Below are positions 36,827 to 46,082 of a stretch of DNA of 59,900 bases, one piece after another (within the stretch, counting starts at the first letter, position 1; every line of letters starts with the position of its first letter). Source of the DNA: an uncultured Azospirillum sp. GTDB lineage: Bacteria; Pseudomonadota; Alphaproteobacteria; Rickettsiales; UBA3002. Location of the stretch: the NCBI GenBank assembly GCA_964652475.1, contig CAZZCK010000005.1:1658-61557 (forward strand), given 5' to 3'. A model generated the notes under the pieces. The model searched no databases. It was not told the DNA's origin and saw only the letters and a list, made by a program, of their open reading frames with translations. Made by a program: the position numbers and the translations under genes.

Positions 36827-37552
36827 ATGCCAGCCACCATGCCAACACCGCGTATCTTATTTGTTGTCACCTCGGCGAATCGCATGGGTAATCTGCCCGA
36901 TGCGACTGGCTCATGGCTTGAGGAAATTGCGGCCCCCTATTATGCGTTTACCGATGCACGCTGCGCGGTCACCCTCGCCTCACCCAAAGGCGGCGCGGCG
37001 CCGATCGATGCGAAAAGCACCCTCGCTGAAAATCAAACCGCTTCCACCCGCCGCTTTGAGGCCGACGCGAAGGCCACCGCGCTACTTGCCAACACCACCG
37101 CCTTATCGGCCATCAACCCCGCAGATTACGACGCCGTGTTTTTCGCCGGGGGCCACGGCACCATGGTCGATTTTCCGGTCGATACCAACGTCAAACGCAT
37201 CATCGAAGCGTGCTACGCGAGCGGCAAGCCAATCGCTGCCGTCTGCCATGGCCCGGCCTGTTTTGTGGGCGCCAATAAAGCAAACGGTGCGGCCATCATT
37301 GATGGCCATCGTTTCACCTGCTTTAGCGATGCGGAAGAAACCTTGGTGGGGCTTGAAACACAAGTGCCGTTTATGTTGGAATCACGCCTGATAGCACAAG
37401 GGGGCACGGCCCAGATTGCCACACCGTTTAGCGCAAAAGTCGTTAGTGACAGGCCGCTCATCACCGGCCAGAACCCAGCTTCGGCCATCCTGGTGGCGGA
37501 GGCGGTGATTCATCAGTTGCGCTTGGCGGACACTACCCGAAAAGTCGCATAA
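36827..37552 (+). CDS. DJ-1/PfpI family (class I glutamine amidotransferase-like) protein
   Basis: ILFVVTS..., YDAVFFAGGHG and the nucleophile elbow IAAVCHGP. Confidence 0.85.
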   Translation: MPATMPTPRILFVVTSANRMGNLPDATGSWLEEIAAPYYAFTDARCAVTLASPKGGAAPIDAKSTLAENQTASTRRFEADAKATALLANTTALSAINPADYDAVFFAGGHGTMVDFPVDTNVKRIIEACYASGKPIAAVCHGPACFVGANKANGAAIIDGHRFTCFSDAEETLVGLETQVPFMLESRLIAQGGTAQIATPFSAKVVSDRPLITGQNPASAILVAEAVIHQLRLADTTRKVA

Positions 37553-37920
37553 TCCTTATAAAAATCCTTGGCAATATTGAAGTCGTACTCACCTTTTTTA
37601 TTGACGGGAATGCGGCAGCATTCATGCTTGATGTCAAAGCTCGGATAATAGGTCATGATCGGTGATTTCAGCAGCCGCTTAAGCACGTAGCCTTCCTCGT
37701 ATTTATCGAGTTTCTTTTTGATTTTCTTATCAATCTTCCACAATTCGCCGATCACCACATCGCTTTTCTTGCCGGTATAATAAAGCAGCGGGTAGGTCTC
37801 ATCCGGCGCTAGGTATAGCACATAGCCTTTGATTTTTTTCTTTTTGATGAAGCGTGCGCCTTCCATATGCTTATGGAGAATGCCGCCTTTTTTGAGCGTA
37901 CCGTAAGCAAAAACTTTCAT
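37513..37920 (-). CDS. Gamma-glutamylcyclotransferase-like (AIG2/GGACT family) protein
   Basis: MKVFAYGTLKKG start motif, ...VIGELW... and Lys-rich. It is clearly AT-richer than its neighbours. Confidence 0.72.
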   Translation of the reverse strand: MKVFAYGTLKKGGILHKHMEGARFIKKKKIKGYVLYLAPDETYPLLYYTGKKSDVVIGELWKIDKKIKKKLDKYEEGYVLKRLLKSPIMTYYPSFDIKHECCRIPVNKKGEYDFNIAKDFYKDYATFRVVSAKRN

Positions 37921-39134
37921 ACGACTCCTTGCTGCAATGCAGGTTTTTGATCCGCCATCCCGTGATGCGCACGCGGACTATCGGCAGTCACTTGCGCAAG
38001 CGGTTTAGCAGAATCGGTGGATAACGCAACCGGCGGATGCAAGGCAGCCGGTGCCGCCTGCGTAAGCCCCATATCTACCCCGTAATGCGCCAGCACTGCC
38101 CGCGGGTCTTGCCCTTGCTTGATCGCGCGCATAGCATCTTTGACTTCATGCATATCGGTCGAGCGATTCGCCAGCTCAACAAACCCAAGGCTCGCCGGAA
38201 AATGATCGAGCAAACCAAACCCGACCAGGAAGTTAAATTTGCCGATGGTAAAATGCGCCTTGCTGGCTGCGGGAATATTACCATAGGTTTGGTTCATCAA
38301 TTCAGCAATGCGGCTTGCTAGCTTGATATCCTGCTGCCCCTCAGGCGATGCCGCTGGTGGTGATTGGTAGTTCGCATCCCGATGTTTGCGGGCCAGTACC
38401 AGCAACGATTCGATATCGCTCGGCTGAAGCACAGAATAGGGATCGATATCTTTATGGGCGATGATGTTGCTGAGCGTTTTTTGTTCTATATCAAAAAACG
38501 AGGGTTTGCGCAGGAAGCCTTCACCATAAAGATACGCACCGATCGCCCCGACACCGACATTCGCATTGGCTTCGTATTTCGGCGCGGTGGATTTGAAATC
38601 ACGTAGCCGATGCCAGGGCATAAAGAAGGCCGAGGCAGTGGCGATCCGCGCTAAGGTCCGCCAGCTATAGGCGTGGCGTGTTGTCGCCAGTGCTTCGTTC
38701 TGGCTTTTGAAAAAGATATCGCCAAGTGTTACATCATCCGGTTTTTTATTTAATTCATAGCCCACGGCTTCAGCGTAAATCGAGCGAATATCGCGCAGTG
38801 TATTGCGGCTATAAAACCCGACAATACTGAAAAACGTTGCGCCCATGCCAAGCGCCGCAAAATTACGCGACAAATAGCGCCCAACGCCGACCTCTTTCCA
38901 GGGCTTAACGACCCCCTCACCGGGCGGTTTGGTCTTACCCAAAAAATTCAGCGGATTAATTTCTTCAATCGCCAGCCAGATGTACCGCGTCGCGACCAGC
39001 GGGGCGAGCAGCTGGGTAAAAATCGAATTATACCAGCGGTGATCCGACCGCAATTGCGGGCTTTGCACCGGCGGAAAGCGACTGTTATCATCAGCGTTCA
39101 TTGATCCATCATCGGTTACAGGCAGCTGCGCCAT
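37917..39134 (-). CDS. Hypothetical protein (possible membrane-associated)
   Basis: 405-aa ORF whose stop overlaps the start of the GGACT-like gene by 4 nt. It has several moderately hydrophobic segments and no recognised motif. Confidence 0.55.
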   Translation of the reverse strand: MAQLPVTDDGSMNADDNSRFPPVQSPQLRSDHRWYNSIFTQLLAPLVATRYIWLAIEEINPLNFLGKTKPPGEGVVKPWKEVGVGRYLSRNFAALGMGATFFSIVGFYSRNTLRDIRSIYAEAVGYELNKKPDDVTLGDIFFKSQNEALATTRHAYSWRTLARIATASAFFMPWHRLRDFKSTAPKYEANANVGVGAIGAYLYGEGFLRKPSFFDIEQKTLSNIIAHKDIDPYSVLQPSDIESLLVLARKHRDANYQSPPAASPEGQQDIKLASRIAELMNQTYGNIPAASKAHFTIGKFNFLVGFGLLDHFPASLGFVELANRSTDMHEVKDAMRAIKQGQDPRAVLAHYGVDMGLTQAAPAALHPPVALSTDSAKPLAQVTADSPRAHHGMADQKPALQQGVV

Positions 39135-39260
39135 CGCGCATGCATCGAAGGTTTATCACCCTTACACCCTACCAGAGAATTATGAAGGTTTGATGACAGG
39201 TCGGGGCATTTATCCGTTAAATATCATGATTCCATAGACATTTGCGGCCACCATGCCTAT

Positions 39261-40568
39261 ATGCGAGGCATGACCTCGATTAAATTGCTTTTAAGCCGCC
39301 GTTTCGGGGCGATGTTTACGGCCATGGCGCTCGGCGCATTCAACGATAATTTCTACAAAAACGCGCTAATTATTATCACAACCTATACGCTGGCGGCGCA
39401 AATCGGGGTGAAGGCCGAAACCCTGCTCAGCATGGCCGGAGCGGCGTTCATTCTGCCCTTTTTTCTCTGCTCGGGGCTTGCCGGTGAAATTGCCGACCGC
39501 GTGCCCAAATACCGAATGGTGCGGGTACTTAAACTCACCGAATTCGTACTGATTGTATTCGCCAGTATCGCATTGGTATATCAGCATTCTTGGTCGCTGA
39601 TGCTGATACTGTTTCTCATCGGCATGCAGGCGGCATTTTTTGGCCCCGCGAAATATGCGATCCTGCCTGAACTACTGAAAAAAGAGGAATTACTGCAAGG
39701 CAATGCCATCATCGAAGCGGGTACGTTTCTGTCGATTTTGCTCGGCACGCTGATTGGTGGGTTACTGATTTTGCGCCCGCATGGACCAGAAATTGTTGCC
39801 ATCGCCCTGGTTGCTGCCAGTGGGCTTGGCTTATGGGCCGCGTACCGTGTGCCTATTACCACCGTGACCAAACCCGAGCTTACGATTCGTTACAATATTT
39901 TTGCCAGCACCTGGAACATGGTTCGCCATGCCTTCCAAAACCCATCCCTCATTTTCCCAATCCTTGGCATCTCCTGGTTTTGGGCAATCGGCGCGACTTA
40001 CCTCACCCAACTCCCGGTGTTCACCAAAGAGATCATCGGTGCCGATGAAAAAGTGGTGACCTTGTTTAATGGTGTGTTTACGGTTGGCATTGCGCTAGGG
40101 TCGTTTTTCTGCCCGCTGGCCATTCAGTGGCTGGGACGTCGTGCCAAGCATCTCTCCGCCATGGCGCTGTTTGGCGTGTTCGCCTTTGGTATTGATGTGT
40201 GTTTCATCGGCCATCATGCGGCACCGCCCTCGGGTGCGTTGATTGGTTTTGTCGATTACCTGACGGCTTCCGAACATCATATCCGCCTGGCGATTGATTT
40301 GTTTTTGCTCGCTTTTTGCGGTGGCTTGTTCATCGTTCCGCTGTATACGCAGCTGCAAACCGCCAGCGAAGAGCACGAGCGCGCACGCACGATTGCCAGC
40401 AATAACGTGATGAATGCCTTTTTTATCGCCTGCGCCTCGATTTTAGCGGCAATCATGTTTGGATTGGCCTTCAGCGTGCTACAGGTGCTGTTTGTTTTCG
40501 CGCTGCTGAATTTACCCGTGATTGGTATGTTGATCTATTCGGCCTATCGCAAGCGCCACGGGCAGTAA
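39261..40568 (+). CDS. MFS transporter (lysophospholipid transporter LplT-like)
   Basis: About 12 TM segments. The N-terminus LLLSRRFGAMFTAMALGAFNDNFYKNALII resembles LplT-type MFS proteins. Confidence 0.78.
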   Translation: MRGMTSIKLLLSRRFGAMFTAMALGAFNDNFYKNALIIITTYTLAAQIGVKAETLLSMAGAAFILPFFLCSGLAGEIADRVPKYRMVRVLKLTEFVLIVFASIALVYQHSWSLMLILFLIGMQAAFFGPAKYAILPELLKKEELLQGNAIIEAGTFLSILLGTLIGGLLILRPHGPEIVAIALVAASGLGLWAAYRVPITTVTKPELTIRYNIFASTWNMVRHAFQNPSLIFPILGISWFWAIGATYLTQLPVFTKEIIGADEKVVTLFNGVFTVGIALGSFFCPLAIQWLGRRAKHLSAMALFGVFAFGIDVCFIGHHAAPPSGALIGFVDYLTASEHHIRLAIDLFLLAFCGGLFIVPLYTQLQTASEEHERARTIASNNVMNAFFIACASILAAIMFGLAFSVLQVLFVFALLNLPVIGMLIYSAYRKRHGQ

Positions 40569-40714
40569 GCATATCGCAGCATCAAAAAAACTGTTGCGGA
40601 TTTTCGCTATCGTTATGGCGTTTCATTATGATATGCGGCTCTCGGCTTTGTCATTCCCACCTCGTCACGTAACGGTTTGAATCCGCTGGCAATCGATTGC
40701 ACAGCCCATCTATT

Positions 40715-40782
40715 TGTCATTCCCGCGAAGGCGGGAATCCACTTGTTAACTCAAGGAGATTCCCGCCTTCGCGGGAATGACA
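40715..40782. repeat. Family B nested palindromic element (tgtcattcccgc...gcgggaatgaca)
   Basis: tgtcattcccgcgaaggcgggaatcc ... ggagattcccgccttcgcgggaatgaca. A solo terminus tgtcattccc lies at 40649-40658. Confidence 0.85.
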
Positions 40783-40938
40783 AATGGCAAGGTTTTTATT
40801 CGAATCTCGTATATTTCACTCTAGGGCAGCGGCCAAGTACGATTGGGTGTTTTCACCAGCCCAGGCTTCGCTCTAACGAGCTTCGCCGGGCATTGCTTCG
40901 CCCAAGGCGATTTTGCTTCACAAAATCGGGGCGAAGCG

Positions 40939-41016
40939 TGGGGCGAGAGACGGGGGTCGAACCCGCAACCTCCGGTACCACAAACCGGCGCTCTAACCAG
41001 TTGAGCTACTCCCGCC
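40939..41016 (-). tRNA. tRNA-His (anticodon GUG) with encoded G-1
   Basis: The reverse complement reads g-gcgggagtagctcaactggttagagc...ttGTGgt...ggttcgacccccgtctctcgcc-cca. The extra 5' G pairs with C73. Confidence 0.9.
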
Positions 41017-41122
41017 ATCGACGATGAGGCTGCGTTAAACGCTAAGTGATCGTAAAAATCAAGAACGATATGCGAACCCGGGCTAGCTTCGCCAGATCTT
41101 AGCCTGCATCACCCGCGACTCA

Positions 41123-42373
41123 CTACGGCTTAGCCAGGCGCAAGCTGCCGAACAGGCCATCGGCTTCATCTTCCGGCCCGGCAGCGAAGTAAAGCGCATG
41201 CGTATCGCCCAGGCTTTCGCCATTGCCAAAGAGAATACCCCAGAGCTTATCGATTACCACCGGCTTACCCTTTTCGTTGCGCATCACATCGATAAATTGG
41301 CGGGTTTTCGCATCATAAGCGGCGATTTCACCGCTGCCGAAATTACCCACCAACAAGGCCCCCGAAAGCGTGCCAAAATTCGCCGGGGCATAAGCAAAAC
41401 CCCACGGTGCGCTCAGCTTACCGCCATCCGCCCAGACATTCACCAGCTTACCCTCTTCGGTAAATTCGGCGACGCGGCCATAGCCAGGCTTGCTAATATC
41501 TTCCTCACCCGCGAAAATTTCACCCGCTTTGCAGCTGCCTTTTTTCACTTCTTCTTTCGGGCAAGCTTGCGTTTTTGCATAGGCGACAAAAATACGATGA
41601 TCACCCGCGGGCGTGGTTAAGGCCTGCACATTGAACGGAGCATATTCGCCCGCATCGACCTTAGCGTTTTTATTGTCATCAAACGGCATATCGAAGGTCA
41701 GGTTGGCAGGTTTGAATGCACCGTCGAACACTTTAATTGCTGGGCTCGCGCCAAAATCAGCGACATAAAGCCGATCAAAATCATGGCTGAGCGCCAGGCC
41801 AAAAAACTGCGCGCCTTCCTTCGATTGATCGATCACGCTGATCGCTTCAGCCGGAAAATCGGTCGTGCCATCGGCATTTTTGCGTTCGGTCCAAGCTGAA
41901 ATAATGCCACCATCGCTCGAGAACAAAAACTTCGAAGGGGCGGTAATCGGCGCTTTACCTTTCACGGTTTGCGTAATGACGAAATCGCGCGTGCTGCCGC
42001 TGAATACCGTACCGGTTGAGAATTTATCATCCCCACCGACAGGCAGCTTCACAATTTTCAAATCATCCTGATGCAATGGACGCAACGCCGGATTCGTGGA
42101 TGCTTGCACATCCCCAACATATTCGTAGCTGATATCTTTCGCCGTCACCCAAAAATGCCCACCGGCCCCTTGCGGGCGAATGGCAATACCCCAGGCGTTG
42201 ATGAAGTTTTTATCGACATTCAAGCTCGGTTTATAGCTCGCCTTATTGGCGACAAAATTGGTCTGCACAAAACGGTTCGACGCGCTTTGTGTAACAGCCT
42301 CAGCGGCATGCGTCATCGATGTGGAAAGCAGCAGCGCTGCGAAGAATGGCATCAGTTTTTTCATTGGCTTCAC
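41123..42373 (-). CDS. Secreted beta-propeller-like protein (resembles the TIGR03118 family)
   Basis: Signal peptide MKKLMPFFAALLLSTSMTHA, then FVQTNFVANKASYKP...NFINAWGIAIRP..GHFWV. The family call is from memory of the N-terminal pattern. Confidence 0.65.
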   Translation of the reverse strand: MKPMKKLMPFFAALLLSTSMTHAAEAVTQSASNRFVQTNFVANKASYKPSLNVDKNFINAWGIAIRPQGAGGHFWVTAKDISYEYVGDVQASTNPALRPLHQDDLKIVKLPVGGDDKFSTGTVFSGSTRDFVITQTVKGKAPITAPSKFLFSSDGGIISAWTERKNADGTTDFPAEAISVIDQSKEGAQFFGLALSHDFDRLYVADFGASPAIKVFDGAFKPANLTFDMPFDDNKNAKVDAGEYAPFNVQALTTPAGDHRIFVAYAKTQACPKEEVKKGSCKAGEIFAGEEDISKPGYGRVAEFTEEGKLVNVWADGGKLSAPWGFAYAPANFGTLSGALLVGNFGSGEIAAYDAKTRQFIDVMRNEKGKPVVIDKLWGILFGNGESLGDTHALYFAAGPEDEADGLFGSLRLAKP

Positions 42374-42625
42374 TCCATGACATTAATGAATTTGAGGATG
42401 CGATAATGCAACCCATCCCAATACGTCAAGCATTAAATGCGAATAACTCGCATTTGCATTTATAGCCATTGCGACCATGAAATAGGTGCGTTTATTTTAT
42501 AAGCAAACACCTGCCTAATATTTAGGCATATAGCTATTTTTAGCGGCACTCCCCCCCATAATTTTTACTTTAATAAATCAATATAACTATATGGTTTGTA
42601 TGGAATTATAGTTAAAAGCTATAAT

Positions 42626-42641
42626 TGGCATGACGGTTGCA
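42626..42641 (+). promoter_or_regulatory. Sigma-54 (RpoN) type promoter upstream of glnB
   Basis: TGGCAT-gacgg-TTGCA with exact GG-N10-GC spacing, 43 nt upstream of the glnB ATG. Confidence 0.6.
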
Positions 42642-42665
42642 AACTCCAAGCCGCATTTCACTTGA

Positions 42666-43022
<357 letters not shown>

Positions 43023-43025
43023 TCC

Positions 43026-43107
43026 GTGAGTGGTGCGTTGTGAGTGGTGGGTAGTGATACGCCCTCGACTCCTTCTTACCACTCACTACTCACGACCCAC
43101 CACTCAC
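43026..43107. repeat. Intergenic hairpin with arms built from tandem gtgagtggtg-like units (glnB-glnA spacer)
   Basis: gtgagtggtgcgttgtgagtggtgggtagtga ... taccactcactactcacgacccaccactcac. Confidence 0.8.
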
Positions 43108-43122
43108 TCCAAGGAGCCTACC

Positions 43123-44529
43123 ATGTCTGCCAAAGAAATTCTCGCCATGATCAAAGAAAAAGAAGCGGTGTTTGTGGACTTCCGCTTCACCGACCCACGC
43201 GGCAAATGGCAGCACACCACCTATATGGCGAACAAGGTCGATGCGAACAGCTTTGAGGACGGCATCATGTTCGATGGCTCGTCGATCAGCGGTTGGAAAT
43301 CGATCAATGAATCCGACATGATTTTGATGCCCGATACTTCAAGCGCATTCATGGACCCATTCACCGCGCAACCCACCATGGTCATCACCTGCGATGTAAT
43401 CGAGCCGTCGACCGGCCAATCCTACGGGCGTGACCCACGCAGCACCGCGCGCAAGGCCGAGGCTTACCTGAAATATACCGGCATCGGTGACACCGCCTAT
43501 TTCGGCCCCGAGCTTGAGTTTTTCATGTTCGATGATGTGAAGTTCGATCACACCATGTTCAGCAGCTTCTATCACCTCGAATCGGAAGAAAACCCCACCA
43601 ATTCCGGCAAAACCTATCCGCATGGCAACCTTGGCCACCGTCCGGCGGTGAAGGGTGGCTATTTCCCCGTTGCTCCGGTCGATTCGGCGGTCGATATTCG
43701 TGGTGAAATGCTGACCACCCTCACCGAAGTAGGTATCACCCCGGTGCTACACCACCACGAAGTAGCCCCAAGCCAGCACGAGCTGGGCTTTGATTTCAGC
43801 ACCCTCACCGCCACTGCTGATAACGTACAAAAATACAAATACGTGATCCAAAACGTCGCCAACACCTATGGCAAATCGGTGACCTTTATGCCCAAACCCA
43901 TCTACGGCGATAATGGCTCGGGCATGCATGTGCACCAGTCGATCTGGAAGGATGGCAAGCCGCTGTTCGCAGGTAATGGCTATGCCGATTTGTCGGAAAC
44001 CTGCCTCTATTATATCGGGGGCATCATCAAGCATGCGAAGGCGCTCAACGCCCTCACCAACGCCTCAACCAACAGCTATAAGCGGCTTGTCCCGGGCTAT
44101 GAAGCCCCCGTGCTGCTGGCTTATTCAAGCCGTAACCGTTCGGCGTCAATCCGCATTCCGTATGTGGCATCGCCCAAAGCGAAGCGTATTGAAACCCGCT
44201 TCCCGGATTCAACCGCAAACCCCTACCTGTGCTTTGCCGCGTTGCTGATGGCGGGACTGGATGGGATCGAAAACAAAATCCACCCCGGTGAGGCCATGGA
44301 TAAAAACCTCTACGACCTACCGCCCGAGGAATTGAAAGATATCCCGACCGTCTGCGGTTCGTTGCGCGAGGCCATTCATGCACTCGAGACCGACCGCGCC
44401 TTCCTCAAAAAAGGCGATGTATTCAGCGACGATCAGCTCGACGCCTATGTGGAATTGAAAAAAGAAGAGCTAGCCAAGTGGGAAATGGCGCCCCACCCCG
44501 TCGAGTTCAAGATGTACTATTCATCGTAG
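43123..44529 (+). CDS. glnA: Glutamine synthetase type I
   Basis: aaggag Shine-Dalgarno before the ATG at 43123, with GS-I blocks ([29 protein letters not shown] and an adenylylation-loop-like NLYDLPPEE). Confidence 0.96.
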   Translation: MSAKEILAMIKEKEAVFVDFRFTDPRGKWQHTTYMANKVDANSFEDGIMFDGSSISGWKSINESDMILMPDTSSAFMDPFTAQPTMVITCDVIEPSTGQSYGRDPRSTARKAEAYLKYTGIGDTAYFGPELEFFMFDDVKFDHTMFSSFYHLESEENPTNSGKTYPHGNLGHRPAVKGGYFPVAPVDSAVDIRGEMLTTLTEVGITPVLHHHEVAPSQHELGFDFSTLTATADNVQKYKYVIQNVANTYGKSVTFMPKPIYGDNGSGMHVHQSIWKDGKPLFAGNGYADLSETCLYYIGGIIKHAKALNALTNASTNSYKRLVPGYEAPVLLAYSSRNRSASIRIPYVASPKAKRIETRFPDSTANPYLCFAALLMAGLDGIENKIHPGEAMDKNLYDLPPEELKDIPTVCGSLREAIHALETDRAFLKKGDVFSDDQLDAYVELKKEELAKWEMAPHPVEFKMYYSS

Positions 44530-44582
44530 CGCGATCGGTGATGCGGAGACTATTGTTGTCGCCTCATCGCCGCAAACCTCTG

Positions 44583-44619
44583 AAAAAGGCACCCAGTGTT
44601 TGGGTGCCTTTTTTATTTT
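44583..44619 (+). terminator. Rho-independent terminator after glnA
   Basis: aaaaaGGCACCCA-gtgtt-TGGGTGCC followed by ttttttatttt. Confidence 0.78.
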
Positions 44620-44681
44620 CTTGGGCATCGTGTACGGCAGTGTTAACCTATACTCGTTTGGAATAAAAACCTAACAACCTT

Positions 44682-44750
44682 GTCATTCCCGCCTACGCGG
44701 GAATGACAAAGCTGAGAGAGTGTACAAAAATTAAACGAAATGAGTATAAA
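44682..44750 (+). repeat. Family B hairpin plus a conserved ~40-nt tail, directly upstream of the pilin gene
   Basis: tgtcattcccgcctacgcgggaatgaca + aagctgagagagtgtacaaaaattaaacgaaatgagtataa. It is nearly identical to 51803-51869. Confidence 0.85.
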
Positions 44751-44780
44751 AGAATGTTAGCAGCGACCATCTCGAACGGC

Positions 44781-45518
44781 ATGTCACCCACGCAACGCCA
44801 TGGCTTTACTCTGGTCGAGCTGAGCATTGTGCTGGCCATTATCGGCTTGCTGGTGGGTGGCATACTCGCCGGCCAAAGCCTGATTCGGGCATCCGAGCTG
44901 CGTAGCGTCATTGCAGATGCCACCAGTTACACCAGCAGCGTCAGCCAGTTTCGCGATCAATACCGCGCCCTGCCGGGCGATATGCCCAATGCCGCCAACT
45001 ATTGGCCAGGCACCAGCAATGGCAATGCAGATAGCGTGATCAATGGCGATGAGCGCTTCCAATTCTGGGCGCATTTATCGAATGCCACGCTGGTGGATAA
45101 AAATTTCAGTGGATCGACCGGTGCCGGTGGTGCCAATGATTTTGTCATCGATACGAATATCCCTGGCTCGCGCATCAAGCTTACGGGATTCGCGGCATTT
45201 TATGCTGATCTTTCAGCCACCACCAGCCTTTATGCGGGTAACTTTGGTAATGTGATCAGTTTTGGCAAAACACTGGGGACGAATAACGGCGAGCCAATCA
45301 GCGCAATTTTTACCCCAAGCGATGCCTTGACCATCGACACCAAAACCGACGATGGCATTCCCGGTACGGGAAAATGGATCGCGAATCTCACGGGTGGCGG
45401 TAATTTTGGTAGCAGCACCGCCTGCGCGACCGATGCGAGCGGTAGCGTCACCACCGGCACCTACCGCACCGATCACAGCACCGTGGCCTGCTCGTTTTTC
45501 ATTCGAACGGGGTTTTGA
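44781..45518 (+). CDS. Type IV pilin-like protein (prepilin-type N-terminal cleavage/methylation domain)
   Basis: Short leader MSPTQRHG, then FTLVELSIVLAIIGLLVGG with Glu at +5. Two C-terminal Cys residues (CATD...VACSF) could form a disulfide loop. The ORF-track start at 44703 lies inside the repeat. Confidence 0.8.
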   Translation: MSPTQRHGFTLVELSIVLAIIGLLVGGILAGQSLIRASELRSVIADATSYTSSVSQFRDQYRALPGDMPNAANYWPGTSNGNADSVINGDERFQFWAHLSNATLVDKNFSGSTGAGGANDFVIDTNIPGSRIKLTGFAAFYADLSATTSLYAGNFGNVISFGKTLGTNNGEPISAIFTPSDALTIDTKTDDGIPGTGKWIANLTGGGNFGSSTACATDASGSVTTGTYRTDHSTVACSFFIRTGF

Positions 45519-45533
45519 TTAAAAGCGACTTGC

Positions 45534-46079
45534 CTAAGTCGCCTGGCCTTGGCCTTTGCTGTAAAGCATGAGCGAAATATTCGCGTGGCGGGCTTTGAGT
45601 TCCTCCACATCCTGCTTTTGCATAATGCGATCAAGCGACAGCACCAGCATCTCGACAAAATTTTCGATCACCTGCTCGAGCTGGCGTTTGAGCTTTTTAA
45701 TGACCAGCAATGCGGCATTACGCCGATCTGTCACCCGGTTCTTGAGCTCCGCCATCCCGATATAGATTTTACGTAACGCCCCTTCTACCTTGGTTTTGGC
45801 AGAAGTTTTCTGCCCAGGCTTACCCTCACACAGGCTGACATATTCCTCGCTGAGCACATCCGCCGAATCACCGATCGTTTCGACGAGCGATTCCACCAGC
45901 GCCAGCTGCTCCTCGGGGTCGGCAGCGCCTTGAACCGTCATCAGCAACTCATCCGCGAGGTTATAGAGCTCGTTGATGTCGTAATATTTTTGTTCCCAGA
46001 CTTGTACCTGGCTCATTGCAACGCTTGCCATACCACCCACCGTTTTTTGATCTGTTGTTGTATTCGTTGTCGTTGTCAT
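45534..46079 (-). CDS. Hypothetical helical protein
   Basis: 181 aa with a Thr-rich N-terminus followed by predicted helices. It starts 3 nt after the stop of the upstream Gly-rich gene. Confidence 0.5.
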   Translation of the reverse strand: MTTTTNTTTDQKTVGGMASVAMSQVQVWEQKYYDINELYNLADELLMTVQGAADPEEQLALVESLVETIGDSADVLSEEYVSLCEGKPGQKTSAKTKVEGALRKIYIGMAELKNRVTDRRNAALLVIKKLKRQLEQVIENFVEMLVLSLDRIMQKQDVEELKARHANISLMLYSKGQGQAT

Positions 46080-46082
46080 TGT

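Noticed and set aside
36789-37391. 200-aa Pro/Arg-rich plus-strand ORF
   Set aside because: It is an alternative frame of the well-supported DJ-1/PfpI gene (36827-37552) and has low-complexity off-frame composition.
40677-41027. ORFs 40677-41027 (+), 40821-41018 (-), 51760-52110 (+) and 51660-52130 (-), with peptides such as VIPAKAGIH and DSRLRGNDK
   Set aside because: These are translations of the family B palindromic repeats and of tRNA-His. The recurring peptides reflect repeated DNA, not a protein family.
43030-43122. Long N-terminal extensions of track ORFs: glnA from 43030, nhaA from 18104, ccmE from 33077, purB from 56149, pilin from 44703, serA to 53966
   Set aside because: The extensions run through repeats, a tRNA or upstream genes. 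Internal ATGs with good Shine-Dalgarno sequences give proteins of canonical length and N-terminal motifs.
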